DNA of 64,000 bases from the human T2T-CHM13v2.0 reference genome, Homo sapiens. The stretch lies in NCBI RefSeq assembly GCF_009914755.1, contig NC_060932.1; one strand, 5' to 3'. Within the stretch, counting starts at the first letter, position 1, and the number at the start of each line of letters is the position of its first letter. The notes beneath the pieces are model-generated. The model was given only the letters and a program-made list of their open reading frames with translations, did no database searches and was not told the origin of the DNA. Below are positions 38,967 through 51,337 of this stretch, piece after piece. The position numbers were made by a program, and so were the translations under genes.

Positions 38967-41888
38967 AAAAATCTATTCAGCTCTTATTGGCAGTGAAGGT
39001 GAAAGCCACTAACCTCAGTTACAGTTACAGCAAATCAATCACCTTTGTCCCAAAAAGTTAATGTAACTTTCAAAGGACTCTAATGCTCAAAGTAATGAGA
39101 AGTTCACCATAGAATCTCATTGCACACTTGTGTGAATTAGCCCTGTTATTTCTCTTGCTGCCATTACTAATGGTTCTGTGAATTATAGTCCCCATTCAAT
39201 GTCATAAATAGATCATATGTTCATTTGAAAATTTTTATTGGCTACCATTTTGTTTTAAGATGGCAGCCTGGCTCATAGTTTAAATTCCAAACGAGTAAGA
39301 AACATGTATATCAATTTTGAGATACCATATTTTAGAAAATTATCCTAGGGCAAACAGAAAGATAATCATTTTTTTAAGGCTAGATAAAATAAAATGAAAT
39401 TGATGAAGTTAAAATACAGATCTGATTTTGTTAGTCCCCACTAAATAGTGAGTATACTTCTTTCCCCAAGTAATTTGGAAGCTGAGCAAACAGCTAATTC
39501 TAATGTGTAATGTAAACTTTTTAACAAATGAATTTTAATAAAAGCCAACTTTATAAATGAAATTTATAAGTTATTTGAGTTCCATTTAATCACCAACAGC
39601 TTCCTATTTTGAGAACACAAGTGGTCAATGCAGGCATACTAACCAAATAGAAACATTTTTCAGATACATAATTTCACACACAAAATATTTTTGAACTCAT
39701 TTTTAAAGTTAACCCTCCCAATTTACCAGATGAGGCTAGGTAATCATGGTATTGTGTTAATGTTTCACAGAAACTTAGATGAACACATCACTAAAAATCA
39801 CCAGTGTGAGCACTGAGAATGAATAAAGTAAAACGTGTACTAGGTCATTTTTCCTTATGACAGAAAAAGCTAATTTTTTAAATAGAAATTAGAAATGTTA
39901 TATTAAATAATCAATCCCAAACCCAGTATTCATTTTTAGGCTTGTAAAATATGACTAGTATTAAAGTTAATACCTGAATATGCAAAGCATAAAATTTTAT
40001 TCTTGAAAAACATCCCTGTGATAGCTATACTTTGATAGAAATACAACAGCCTCATTAAAGAAAGAAATCATCACATACTATATACTTTGCCAAATGTTTT
40101 TGATATAATAAAAAATCTGAGTATTTCTAAACATCAGAATAAATTACCATGAATTCTGGAATCCCTGAATGGAATTTTAGTTTATACCTGAATTAAGCAA
40201 TAACAAGAATGGGCGAGTGAATGTCACCCATTGCAATATTTGTATGGCCCAATACAATGATCTCTGGCATCCCTTTGGACTATGGACAGCATATTTCAAA
40301 ATGAAAAAAACCAATTAAATAAAATCAGTAATTTAAAAAAGGTTTCTTTTCCCTTTTTACTTATAGAAAGAAGGAATAACTGTTAAGGAGGACACAGGAA
40401 GTATTGTTTTTGTTTCGGAATACTGCCTGGAAGAAAACACACACATTTGTTGCCTTTTGAGATATGCTCTTGATAAACAGTAGAGTTTGTATGTTACTAC
40501 ATTGCTTACTAAAGCCATCATGATTGTCTTTTGATCCTCATGATCATTCTGAGATACCCAGTATTGAAATACTATCCTCATTTTAGAGATGAAGATGGGG
40601 GCTCAGAGATGATCAGAGATTTGCACACACTTGGGCAGCAGCTGAGTCAGGGCTCCAACACAAGCGTTCCATCGCCTGACAAACCCACTCTCCCTCCTCT
40701 ACCCTCACAGGTATGCACTGAATTAACGTGGTAAGAATGCAAGTTCAGTTACTGTTTTATTGATACAAGATGGGAGTACAAAGTCACAGAGTTGCATGAA
40801 ATCAAAATTTAAAAAAATATATGAGAATGTGAGTCTAATTTATGTCGTTTGAATTTGGGAGACCACTTAAGGAAATTTCATGAATTCCTTTGAAATATAA
40901 ACATTAATTGATCTAATTGAATCTAGTGGAGTACCTTAGAAAAATTTTTCAATGAATAGAATTTATTTGCACAAAGGACATGAAATTTTTGGTATGTGAT
41001 TGTTAACATATTTTGCCCACCTAATTTCATGTATTCATGTACATAAGCTAAATTAATCTATATTATTAATTTCTTTATAATCCAATTTTTGTAAAGGAAC
41101 ATTTAAAAAATTAACCTCACCCTCAAATTATCAAAAATTTTCAATTAATAGAGTTCCAGTTAATGATGTTTAATAGCCGTGGTGTTTGTTTTTAGGTTAC
41201 CTGTTACCTTCATGAAACCTGGCAGAGCAAAAAAACCTCTGAGCTTGATCCTGGCCTGTTTCCAAAGGTGCTTGATTCCCTGGAGACAAGTGGGGGCTAA
41301 AGCTGCCACACTAGCAGGCCTGAAGATCTTTTTCTGTTTACAAAACCTTGGCTCCAGGCAATTGTACTTATTCACTCATTCAACCAAAACATTTTGCACA
41401 TCATGTGCAAAATAGCGAAAGGACTGAGTGACAGAGGGAGTGTGGTTGTTTCTTTTGCATATTCTCTACCCTCAAACAGCTCATGGCCTAGAAGGCAAAT
41501 AGCCTTTTAAGTTTGGGTGAACAATATAAGCTAGAATAAAATATATGCTAATTAGCAGTTCAAAGCACTTATTGTGTGAAGAATTAAGATTCTGTTTCAG
41601 AGGAGCAGATAAAGATAAATAAATTGACCTCTGAATGTATCCAGTCTACAAAAATACCCAGTGATAGATTCTGCATAAAACAGGAGAAAGAAGAGTCATA
41701 TTAATGTATATTACATATATATATTAATATGTATATATGTTACATATATAATTACACATATTTATATAATTAGTTATACATAGTATATATGCTACTTAAT
41801 ATAATTAATTATATTCATGATCAAGCTTCACTTCTCTTCAAAAATACTGATTATCAATTTTAATGGAAAAATAGGTTGATAGGATCCC

Positions 41889-42407
41889 TGTATTAGTGAT
41901 CTATCATGGTGTAACAGATTTATTATCTCACACAAATTTTGAGGGGCAGAAATCTGGGAGCAGTTTAGCTGGGTGGTACTAGCTCAGGGTCTCATGAGAA
42001 CATATCTTGGCTATCTGCTGGGGCTGCAGTCATCTGAAGGCTTAACTGGGGCTGCATGATCTGCTTGTAAGATGGCTCACTCCCATGGTTGTTGTGGAAG
42101 GCTTCAGTCCCTGGCCACATGTGCCCCTCCACAGGGATGCCTGAGTGCCCTTGCAACATAGCAGCTGGCTTCCTCCAGAGTGAGTGATCCAACAGAGAGC
42201 AGGGAGAAAGCCATACGGGCCTTTGTGACCTAGTGTCCACAGTGGCCACTGTCACTTCTGCTGTTTTTTTCTCCCTATTAGAATTGAGTCACTAAGTCCA
42301 GACTACACTCAAGGAGAGGGTTCATCCAAAGGGACCCCCTTACAAGGCTCCATCTCTTAAAGGGAGGAGTATCAAAGAATTTGTGAACATATTTTAAAAT
42401 CACCACA
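41889..42407 (-). mobile_element. Old MLT1 (F/H-like) LTR
   Basis: atctgggagcagtttagctgggtgg...aagatggctcactcccatgg...gggaggagtatcaaagaatttgtgaacatattttaaaatcaccaca. Confidence 0.75.
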
Positions 42408-43051
42408 AACACATCCTGGGAATGGGATACAAAATGTAGAAGTATTTCTTTATCACTATTCTAGGCATGTTTTAAAATTAATCATAGGAAAATTGTATAT
42501 GATACTATACATAAATAAAATTATGGATGCACAGAAATGTGGACATCAAAGAATCATTATCACATTAGAGCCAACATAAAGATATACTCTGGGTTCTACA
42601 ACAAGATTCATTGGCTGAGGGATGAAGAAGATTTGGGAAAAAAAGAGAAGCAGGATTTAGAAATATAGAAATGTATCACACTAGGGTTCAAATGCAATCC
42701 TGGAACTATGGAACTAGATCACCAAACTGAGTACTTGAGTTCACACGGATGCTTGACTTTGATGATTGGTCTTCCTGCCCATCCCTTGGTGACCAGCACA
42801 CATTTATTTTGTGATGCAAAGACTTTATTAACTTCAGTTATCCTATACAGTAAGGACACCAGTCGAATCATACTGTGTTAAAATTAGAAGAGATCTTCTC
42901 CCAAATTCTTCATTTTACAAATAAAGAAAATGAGGCCCAGAGAGAGAGTAAACAGTCACATTCAAGATGTCAGGGCTAGCCTGATAGGAACAAAATGAGA
43001 AATCTTGAAAGGAGAGAGCGCACAACTGTAGACCCACCTTGCGTGCAGGGG

Positions 43052-43190
43052 CAGTCATCCCTGGGTATCTGTGGAAGACTGGTTCCAAAACTCTCACAGA
43101 TAGTAAAATCCTTGGATTCCCCAGCCCCTTAAGTTGATCCTCTTTATTCACCAGTTCTGCATCCCATCTGCAGATAGGAAGGGCTCACTG
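43052..43190. mobile_element. Tigger/MER2-like MITE fragment
   Basis: cagtcatccctgggtatctgtgg...tggttcc...aaaatcc; ends gaagggctcactg. Confidence 0.6.
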
Positions 43191-43234
43191 AGGTAACAAC
43201 AGAACAATGCATGAATCCTCATTTTATCTACATG

Positions 43235-43372
43235 CATTAACATTATCCTGGGACTCTGTTCCATATGTCTATGGCAACTTTCATGCCATGTCTGCAGAGT
43301 TATAGGCATGTGATAAGAGATTTTCTGGCCCTGGAAGCCTATAATATTTCCTATCTGGTCCTTTATAGAATA
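43235..43372. mobile_element. MER58-type fragment
   Basis: gtctatggcaactttc...aagcctataatatttcctatctggtcctttatagaa. Confidence 0.6.
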
Positions 43373-45491
43373 AATTAATTGTATTATTGCTATACCAAAA
43401 TGGCTTTCTTATTGTAGCTCACATTTCTGGTGATTACCAGATTTCTTTAAGTATTTAAACCACCCTCCCTAGCCCTCGCCCCCACCCCTCACACATAAAA
43501 AAACAAAGTCCTAAAGTCTGTGGCTTTTATTCAGAAAGAGAGATCCACATGCCCCAATTGCTAACTGCTCACTGACACAAGTTCATAGTTCTTTAAGCTC
43601 TCACACTCCTGCATGTTAAGAGTGCCAGATCAGAGGCAGCCAGGGGCAATGAGTCTCAATGGTTAGGGCCCCTCTTTCCTTTCTTTCCAGCATCAGCCAC
43701 AAGCAATTTTCATCTTTGTCACACTCCATCTGTTTGGTGCATATGGACCAAGTGAGCTACACCAGAACACAAGATATTGGCCAGCTCAGATAAACAAACA
43801 TTTACTGAGTGCAGGTAGAGGGCTTGACATTGTGTTTGGCCCTGGAAATATAAACATGTCACTGTCCTGGCTCTGGAGTAATTTTCCTGTCAAGGTTTTA
43901 TTTTTTACTGAAAATACCCAACTGCTAATACAACCTGGTGCCCAATGTGAACTTTGACGTCCAGTCTTTTTGAAACTCTCAGATCACATTCTATCCTGGG
44001 CTCCTTTACTGTGCCCAAGCCAGCCTTGCCTGTTCAAATGAAAAATTTTGCCTAATTCCTTCCAGCATGGTCTGATGTTCCAAGTCACAACCTCATCTTA
44101 ACCCTGTGAATGTCTGTCCATTACATCAGAATTAACAGATAGTACCTCATTCCCCCAGTCAAATACATTTTAATTAAATAACGACTAGTGAGGCCATCCC
44201 AGCTCAAATTTGAATCCAAGAAGTTGAGGTCCTGAATCTGCGCTCTCATTCACGGTACGTCTTTCATATGTTATTTTTAATCACACAATCATGCAAGAAA
44301 GGTATTATTATGCCTAATTTACAAATGAGAAAGAACTGAGGCTTGGAAAGGCGAAAACAGCTTGCCCAAGTACAGAGCTAAGGCTCAAGCAGATGTGTCT
44401 GACTTTAAATGTCCTGCCCTTTCCAAAAAGATGTTTCACTGGCCTTGACGCTAGTGGCTGTATATACTGCTTTACAGTTTACAAAGTGCTTTGGCATATG
44501 GTATCTTTATTTCTTCATCCTGGGGACCCAGCAATATAGGTCTGTTATCTCTACTGGTAAAAAACAAAATTGAGGCGTAGAAATTGAAATTAATTTCATG
44601 AAGTTATTCATTGAAATAATTCTTAGAATAAACTGTGACTCAGAACCAGAAATTCTGAATCCAAGTCAAGGTTCTCTTCACTATGCCTAATTGCCTTCCC
44701 AAGTTCAAGTTATTATCTATTTGCTGAGTACCCATCACATCCGAAAAGACTACCCCAACTCTAGGCCTTACTGCTTCATGCCAAAAATGCAAATCATTGT
44801 TGCTATCAGATAGATAAACAGAAAGATGAAAAATTAGTACACTAGAGATACAGCATTTAACTGATAGTTGTTAAAAAGCCTTAAGTATTGGAAAATAATT
44901 ATATATTCATTATTAGATACTTCCATCAAATAGATTATAGGTGATGGCATATCAAGGGTTAAATCTCCCCATCTGCAAAATGATGAGGTAGGATCAGATA
45001 TGTGCTTTCAAACTGGTGCTTCAATGATCTCAAAATGGGAGTTTTTGAAGGTCCATCCCAATAGCCAACTATTGGGTGGTCAGCCCAGCCTCTCCTCTGG
45101 GAACTGTGGTGTTTCTGCTGCAGCGACCTGCTCTATCAGGCACAGGATCATGATGCATCCAGGACCGGTCAGAGGTTTTCTTCCTACATGGTGGATGACC
45201 CAGTAATGTATAAACCATGGTGGTTAGCCAGCACTGTGCAAGGGGAACAGAGAAAGCCAGTCTATAAACAAAAAGAGGACTGAATAAAATGTGCAGAAAA
45301 AAGAAAAAAAAATTACCTGAATTCCCCAGATGCCCTCTTTCTTAAGACTTTCCTTTTGTTTTCTTATGCCAGCTCATGGTAAGTTCCATTACTTGCAACC
45401 ACATAAACTAGAGTTATTCAAGGTGCTGAGACAGGAGGGGGATAGGTAGACAAAAAGATAAGGGTTTAGGCCTCACACTCTTATTAGTTTT

Positions 45492-45937
45492 TGTTATGGG
45501 TTGAATTGTATCTCTCCAGAAACAATAAGTAGAAATCCTAATCCCCAGTATCTGTGACTGTGACTTTATTTGGAAATAGGGTCTTTACAAGAAGTAATCA
45601 AATTAAGATGAGGTCATTAAGATAGGCCCTAATCTAATATCACTGGTGTCTTTATAAGAAGAGAAGGAGGGGCACAGATGTAAGAGGGACAAAGGCCATG
45701 TGACAATATAGGCAGAGATTGAAGTGCTGCAGCTACAAGTCACAGAAAGCCAAGGATGGCCGGTGCACTCCCAGAAGCTAAGGAAGGATTCCCCTCCAGG
45801 TTCCAGAGGGAGCATGGCCCTGCTAACATGTTGAATTTGGACTTCTAGCCTCTAGAACTGTGCAACAATGAATTTCTGTTGTTTTAAGCCACCCACTTTG
45901 TGGTACTTTGTTACAGAAGTCCTAAGAAAAGAATGCA
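45492..45937 (+). mobile_element. MLT1B/C LTR
   Basis: tgttatgggttgaattgt...ggaaatagggtctt...ggccctaatctaat...gagggagcatggccctgctaac...aagccacccactttgtggtactttgttacag. Confidence 0.88.
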
Positions 45938-48409
45938 GGCTTCTAATAAAGATGCTCGGCTTTAAAAAATGAAATTGTAAATCTCTGGATTCCATGGTTT
46001 TATATTTAAGTTATCTAAAAGTTTCACTTACATAAAATATCTCACTTGGGGTGAAGCTGAATAAATGCAACCCTGATTTAGTATAAAATTTCCCAGTTCA
46101 CTTCTACATGTGTATTATACTTGTATAACTACTTTTAGTAACTTCTGCTAAAGAGTGGGTTTCTTTCTATTAAAAAATAAATAATTAATTTTTCCAGTTT
46201 GGTTAAAAGTCACCTTTTATTTCTAGCATCTCCAAGTACAGGAATAACGTACATACATGTTTTATTTAATAGTTTTCTTGCAAAACCCAGCATCTCAGCA
46301 AAAGCTGCTGTTAGCACTTCAAATTTATCATAACTTAAAGGGAGACACAGGAGGTACAGTTATGAGAGTACAATGGAGCCCTAAAGTAAAATTAGTCCAC
46401 AAAGATCTAGAATATCATCATCTAAATTTTTTGAAAGAAAAGTAAGTTAAGTATCTACCATTTATAACAAAATGCTCCTTTTAGAGTCTTAGGAGACCTA
46501 ATTCCACCCCCCAATGCATGAGCTGACAACATCATGATCAAACATATGCAGGGTTAGTGTTTATAATACCTGATGCAGGTGTGATGGTCACATTTTTAAA
46601 ATTGTATTGTAGACTTGCAGGTGGCCAGATAATTTTTTATTCATGGTCGTTTATTCATTTTTCTGGAGATGTTTCCAATAAAAAGTGAATTAGAGTTATG
46701 TTGCACTTTTCATTTTCAAAGAACATTTGAATCCATGATCCCACTTGACCTACAAAATTGTGATTTTAAATCAGAGAAGGCAAATATTATCATATCTGTT
46801 TTATAGCAGAAGAGGTTGATGCTTATAAACCTGCCCCAGGTCATACAGCTAGTAAAAGATAAAACCAGGTCTTACGACTTCAAGTCTAAAATGTAGTTTC
46901 CAAAAAACTAGGCTCTCTCTATTTGATTCAGACACAAGTTTTGGGTTATCGAGTGGTGGGTTTTTAACTGCAGCCCTCACAACTTCATAAGGAAAATAGA
47001 ATGATATATTTTTAAAATTCACTTTTAAAAAAGTGAGTATGTGCTTTTTTTTTTATCTTGACATGATTTCTTTCTAGAAATCCTAGTAAACTAAAGAAAC
47101 TGAAAGAAGCGGTTATAACTCTGCTGTTTGATGCTTGTGTTTCCAGTGTTTACCTTGGATCAGGACAACCACTAAGGTATCAGCAGTTCCACTGCCATGG
47201 CTGCTAAGAGCGTGGAACTGTGCTCATCCAGATGGGAACCCTTCAGAGGCAAACAGAGGAGTGGCCAAGATCATGACAGAAATGATGTGAAAGCCCACAA
47301 ACCTCCTCCTCTCCATGATGTCCTCATGAAGTGAAGAGAAGAGTGGATAGAACTTACAAAATCACACGTGTTACTGACTCTTCCTAAATGTGGGAGACAC
47401 ATAAGCAGAACCTTCCAGAATTAGAAAGGTGGACTTTCTGACTTAACGTTTCTACTCAGGGTCATGTCTACATAGGATCAAAATAAGAAGTAACTTCACC
47501 TCTGCCCATGGTCTTTCATCATAGGATGGACACATTTCCAAAGCTCTGCTAGGGTCATGAGGCTACATGATAGGAATATTGCACTTTTCAGTGTTCATAC
47601 GATTAGCTATTTCCCCTCCCTCAAGTATCATCAGTTCCCTCAGAATTTTTAGCTTCAAATCTCACAATGACAGTGGCAGCACCAAGATGAAGAATGCACA
47701 CACCCTTGGAATGAACACACTCTTGTTTAAGGGCTTCCCTGCACTGCCACCCTCCCATCCACTGAAAGCACAGGGAAGCTCCTCTTAGCCTTTCCCCCAG
47801 AGAGAGAGACTCTCTAGGCTCTGCAGACATCATGGAGCCAAAATTACACTGGTAGCTATTGCCAGCCTCCTCCTCAGCCCAGAGCTCTGAGCTGAAAGAA
47901 AGACATGAAGAGGCATCGCCACCTTCTCTTTTGATCTTGTCACATATGTATCTATGTAGTAGAGAAAGAACCATTGAGACTTGAGAAAGAATTGTTGTTT
48001 ACAAAAGCAATAAAGATTCATAATATTATACTAATAATAGCACATGTTGAGAGTTACAAATATGCTTTGTAAGCTAGCATTGTGTGAAAAAACTTTCAAG
48101 AAGTATTATTTTGTCTTTAATATCATCTTTCTGAAAAGATCAAAGGTCCGATTCCTATCAGAAATATGCGTAGGGAGGCAAGTATTTCAACCTTACTAGA
48201 AAAGGCACAATCCAGAATGCACCATTAGCAGGTGTAATTCTGTGAGCAAAGGGCTACAGAGTGTAAGAAAGAGGTACAAAATAATAAAGCTGGAAAGGAC
48301 CTTAGGTTATATGGATTTTACTTCTCTCATTTTACAGATGCAAAAATCAAGGTCCCCAGAGAAGTATTTGGAATATACTTAATATATTTTTAAAAGAATA
48401 TATCATGGA

Positions 48410-48920
48410 CACAATGGATACAACTCATCCATAAAAAAGAATAACCTACGGACATGTGCAACATCACTGATGACTCTCACAGACATGGTCCTAGGTGAAA
48501 GAAGCCAGAAACACACTGAGGATTCCATTTGCATGAACTTTTAGAACAGGCAAAACTGATGCAAAGTGGAAACAATTAGAACAGCGGTTGCCTGTGGGGT
48601 GAGAGGATGAGTACTGGGGAAGTACTGAGTGTGAAGGGTCCAAGAGGGCTTTCTGGGAAGATGGAGCTCTTCCAATTTATGACACAAGGTGTAGGTTACA
48701 CGGCTACATCCATTTGTCACAATGGGGCAGTTAAGACTTGTGCCTTTTAATCCATATACATTTTATCTTAAAAAACTGTAAAGAAAAACAGCAATCTTTC
48801 AGTGGTGGTATGACGAGTAGGTGGGGGGAAGATGGAATGAGAATGGCCAAATGCTGTTAACTGTTGAAGTGGGCACAGGGATTTACTCTAAATATGGCTG
48901 AAACTTTTTGTGACATAAAC
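48410..48920 (+). mobile_element. L1MB/ME 3' fragment
   Basis: gtgaaagaagccaga...gattccatttgcatgaac...agaacaggcaaaact...ggttgcctgtgggg. Confidence 0.7.
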
Positions 48921-50085
48921 TTGTGAAAGATGAATGTGATGAGCAAGGGAATGTTCAATCATATTTGGAAGTGTGAGCACTTGGGATACTGGTCCAGGAC
49001 TCTTTTCAATTCCTTAAGGAGACAGGGCCTTGGGTGTGTCGCCCAGGCTAGAGTACAGTAGCGCAACCACCTTTAAATTCTTTATATTCTTGAGTTACCT
49101 TAATGTTTTTAGCTATGTTCTAGGTCCTCTTCCCATCTTGAGCCTCTCTCCCCCACTTCCTAAAGCAAAGGAGTAACCTGAGAGCCAAAGGAAGCCCGAG
49201 GAGCTCACCCAAGTCCTCACACGAGGCCTCTGAAGAGATTGTGACACCTCCTGGCTGAGCAGTCAGCTGCCAAATTGCCAGGACACAGATTCTCCAATCA
49301 GTGCCACACAGTGTTTGCCTATGAGAAATACCCCTTCCTTGTTCTGTACCTCTGAGATAGCCAAATACCTTTCAAGACTGAAAATGCTTCACTCTCACAT
49401 AATAAAAACAGGACAAAATGAGATGCAATTAGATTGCCCTCTCATATATCTTTTATTATGATGGCCAAAATAAATTCTTTTAATCTTTACATTTCTTACC
49501 TATTTGTTATTTTAGTCTCAAATCTTACTTAATATCTTCTGTCTTAAATTAGAATTTGCATAATACAAGGTATCAAAAGAAACATTATTGGCAGTATTTC
49601 TTTGCAGATATTATTAAATTAGTTGGTGATTCTCCAGTGTATCAACTTGCCTCCATCTAGGGAGCAGAGTTCATAAAAGGTGGCAGTAAGAAGTTATTAA
49701 TGAGTTTATTTTTCATTAATTTTATATGAGCTACAAAAGTATTTTAACATAATAAATTCAAATATCACAGACCCAACATAGGAGTTTAAACAAACAAACA
49801 AATGAATTAAATGGGTTGAATTCGTTTTCTGTTTAGGGTAAAAGCTACATGATACGAAGTGATCTCAAAGTGCTTTATGTGAATTATCTCACAAGTTGAC
49901 TTAGAATATCCATAAAATACACTCTGTAATTGCATACAGTGTGACTGTGAAGATACCTTCATAGCACTTGACCATTTGTTATTAAAATTCCCATCCAATA
50001 GCAGTTCCTGCTTATTGCATAACACCAACAGGTCTTGTAAAACATACATTTAAAGGAAACACAACAGTGTTACTAAAGATCATGC

Positions 50086-50410
50086 TTCAGGGACATGGAT
50101 GAGGCTGGAAGCCATCATCCTCAGCCAACTAGCACAGGAACAGAAAACGAAACACTGCATGTTCTCACTCGTAAGTGGGAGCTGAACAATGAGAACACAT
50201 GGACACAGGGAGGGGAACAACATGCACCAGGGCCTGTTGCAGGGCTGGGGGTGAGGGGAAGGAATTCAGAGGATGGGTCAATAGGAGCAGCAAACCACCA
50301 TGTTGCACATATACTTATGTAACCTGCACGTTCTGCACATGTATCCCAGAACTTAAACTAAATAACAAAATATTAAAAAAGAAATGAAAGCTAAAAAAAA
50401 AAAAAAAAAA
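50086..50410 (+). mobile_element. 5'-truncated L1PA (older subfamily) 3' end with poly(A)
   Basis: gggacatggatgaggctggaagccatcatcctcagc...gcatgttctcactcgtaagtgggagctgaacaatgagaac...cagaacttaaa plus A-tail. Confidence 0.9.
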
Positions 50411-51232
50411 GAATTCTACTGTGAACAAAGCTGAGCTATGAAATCACATGTCTGAAAGCATTGTATCTGACCAGGGGACTTACAGTGTAAAGTCATGGAT
50501 GCTGCCCTAAATGTTGCTATGGAAATTTTCCGAGAAAACAACTTTAACTTACTGAAATATGCTTTTTTTTAAATTAAAATTCATTGAATTATTCAAGTTC
50601 TAAATAACTCAAAGGTTATTTGTAAGATGACCCCTAATTGGGAATATTCATTTATGAACCAAAGGTAGCTTTCTTTCTTCCTGATACAAACCTGTAGAAA
50701 ATCTGCGAACCCTTTCTCTTCTGCTCACAAATCAACAAATAAAATATAACCTAAGTCTCTCTTATTTTAAAGCCCATTCAAGAGTTCATCAAACTGTGAA
50801 ACTTCTTCACTAAAAACCTATTTTGAAGACACATACACACAGGTATATTCATAAAACAAATACATGTAAAAGAATCCAAAAAATTGACATTAATTTAAGT
50901 TTTAAGAGGCAAATATATGCTTTCCCTGAGGCAAAGAAACTGTAAGCCTAAAAATTATCTTATGCATATTGGGATAATTACATAATACTAAAGGTTAGGT
51001 TTTTCCAGTATGACTCTACTTTTGATAACTGATACCTCTGAGAAAAGATATAAATTAGGTTAGGCTGATGAAACAGTGTACTACTTAATTCATAACCTTC
51101 AAAATCATTAAAAATTGGTACATTGGTACAGAGCTTTTGACAATCTTCCAGATACTCGGGTTACAATAAAAATGCCATGATGATTTTAAAAGTAATAATT
51201 CTTTCCTTAGGACTGACATTCTGTTTACTTAC

Positions 51233-51265
51233 AGACTGTCCATTTATCCCCCGGGGGTCTTCCAT
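51233..51265 (-). CDS. EYA1: First coding segment (MEDPRGINGQS) of an Eyes-absent family gene, likely the EYA1 long isoform
   Basis: ATG at 51265, 11 codons, phase-0 donor TCT|GTAAGT. The peptide parallels the 11-aa first coding exon of EYA4 (MEDSQDLNEQS). Gene identity rests on family knowledge and recall, not a search. Confidence 0.75.
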
Positions 51266-51337
51266 TGAAGACTTCTTCTGAATTATGTATGGGCTATTAG
51301 CTACACACTTCTTCAAAGGGTTCCAACACCCCTGCAC
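51233..51337 (-). other. EYA1: 105-nt internal exon (72-nt 5'UTR + 33-nt CDS)
   Basis: Acceptor ctctgttgttcacag|GTGCAG at 51337; donor TCT|GTAAGT at 51233; unique non-repeat sequence. Confidence 0.78.

Noticed and set aside
41700-41815. AT-rich quasi-palindromic tract
   Set aside because: Ordinary low-complexity TA-rich sequence.
41200-50025. Further exon-like intervals (~41208-41333, ~46257-46333, ~49947-50023)
   Set aside because: Mediocre splice sites or frame incompatibility with the phase-0 coding exon; unsupported without RNA data.
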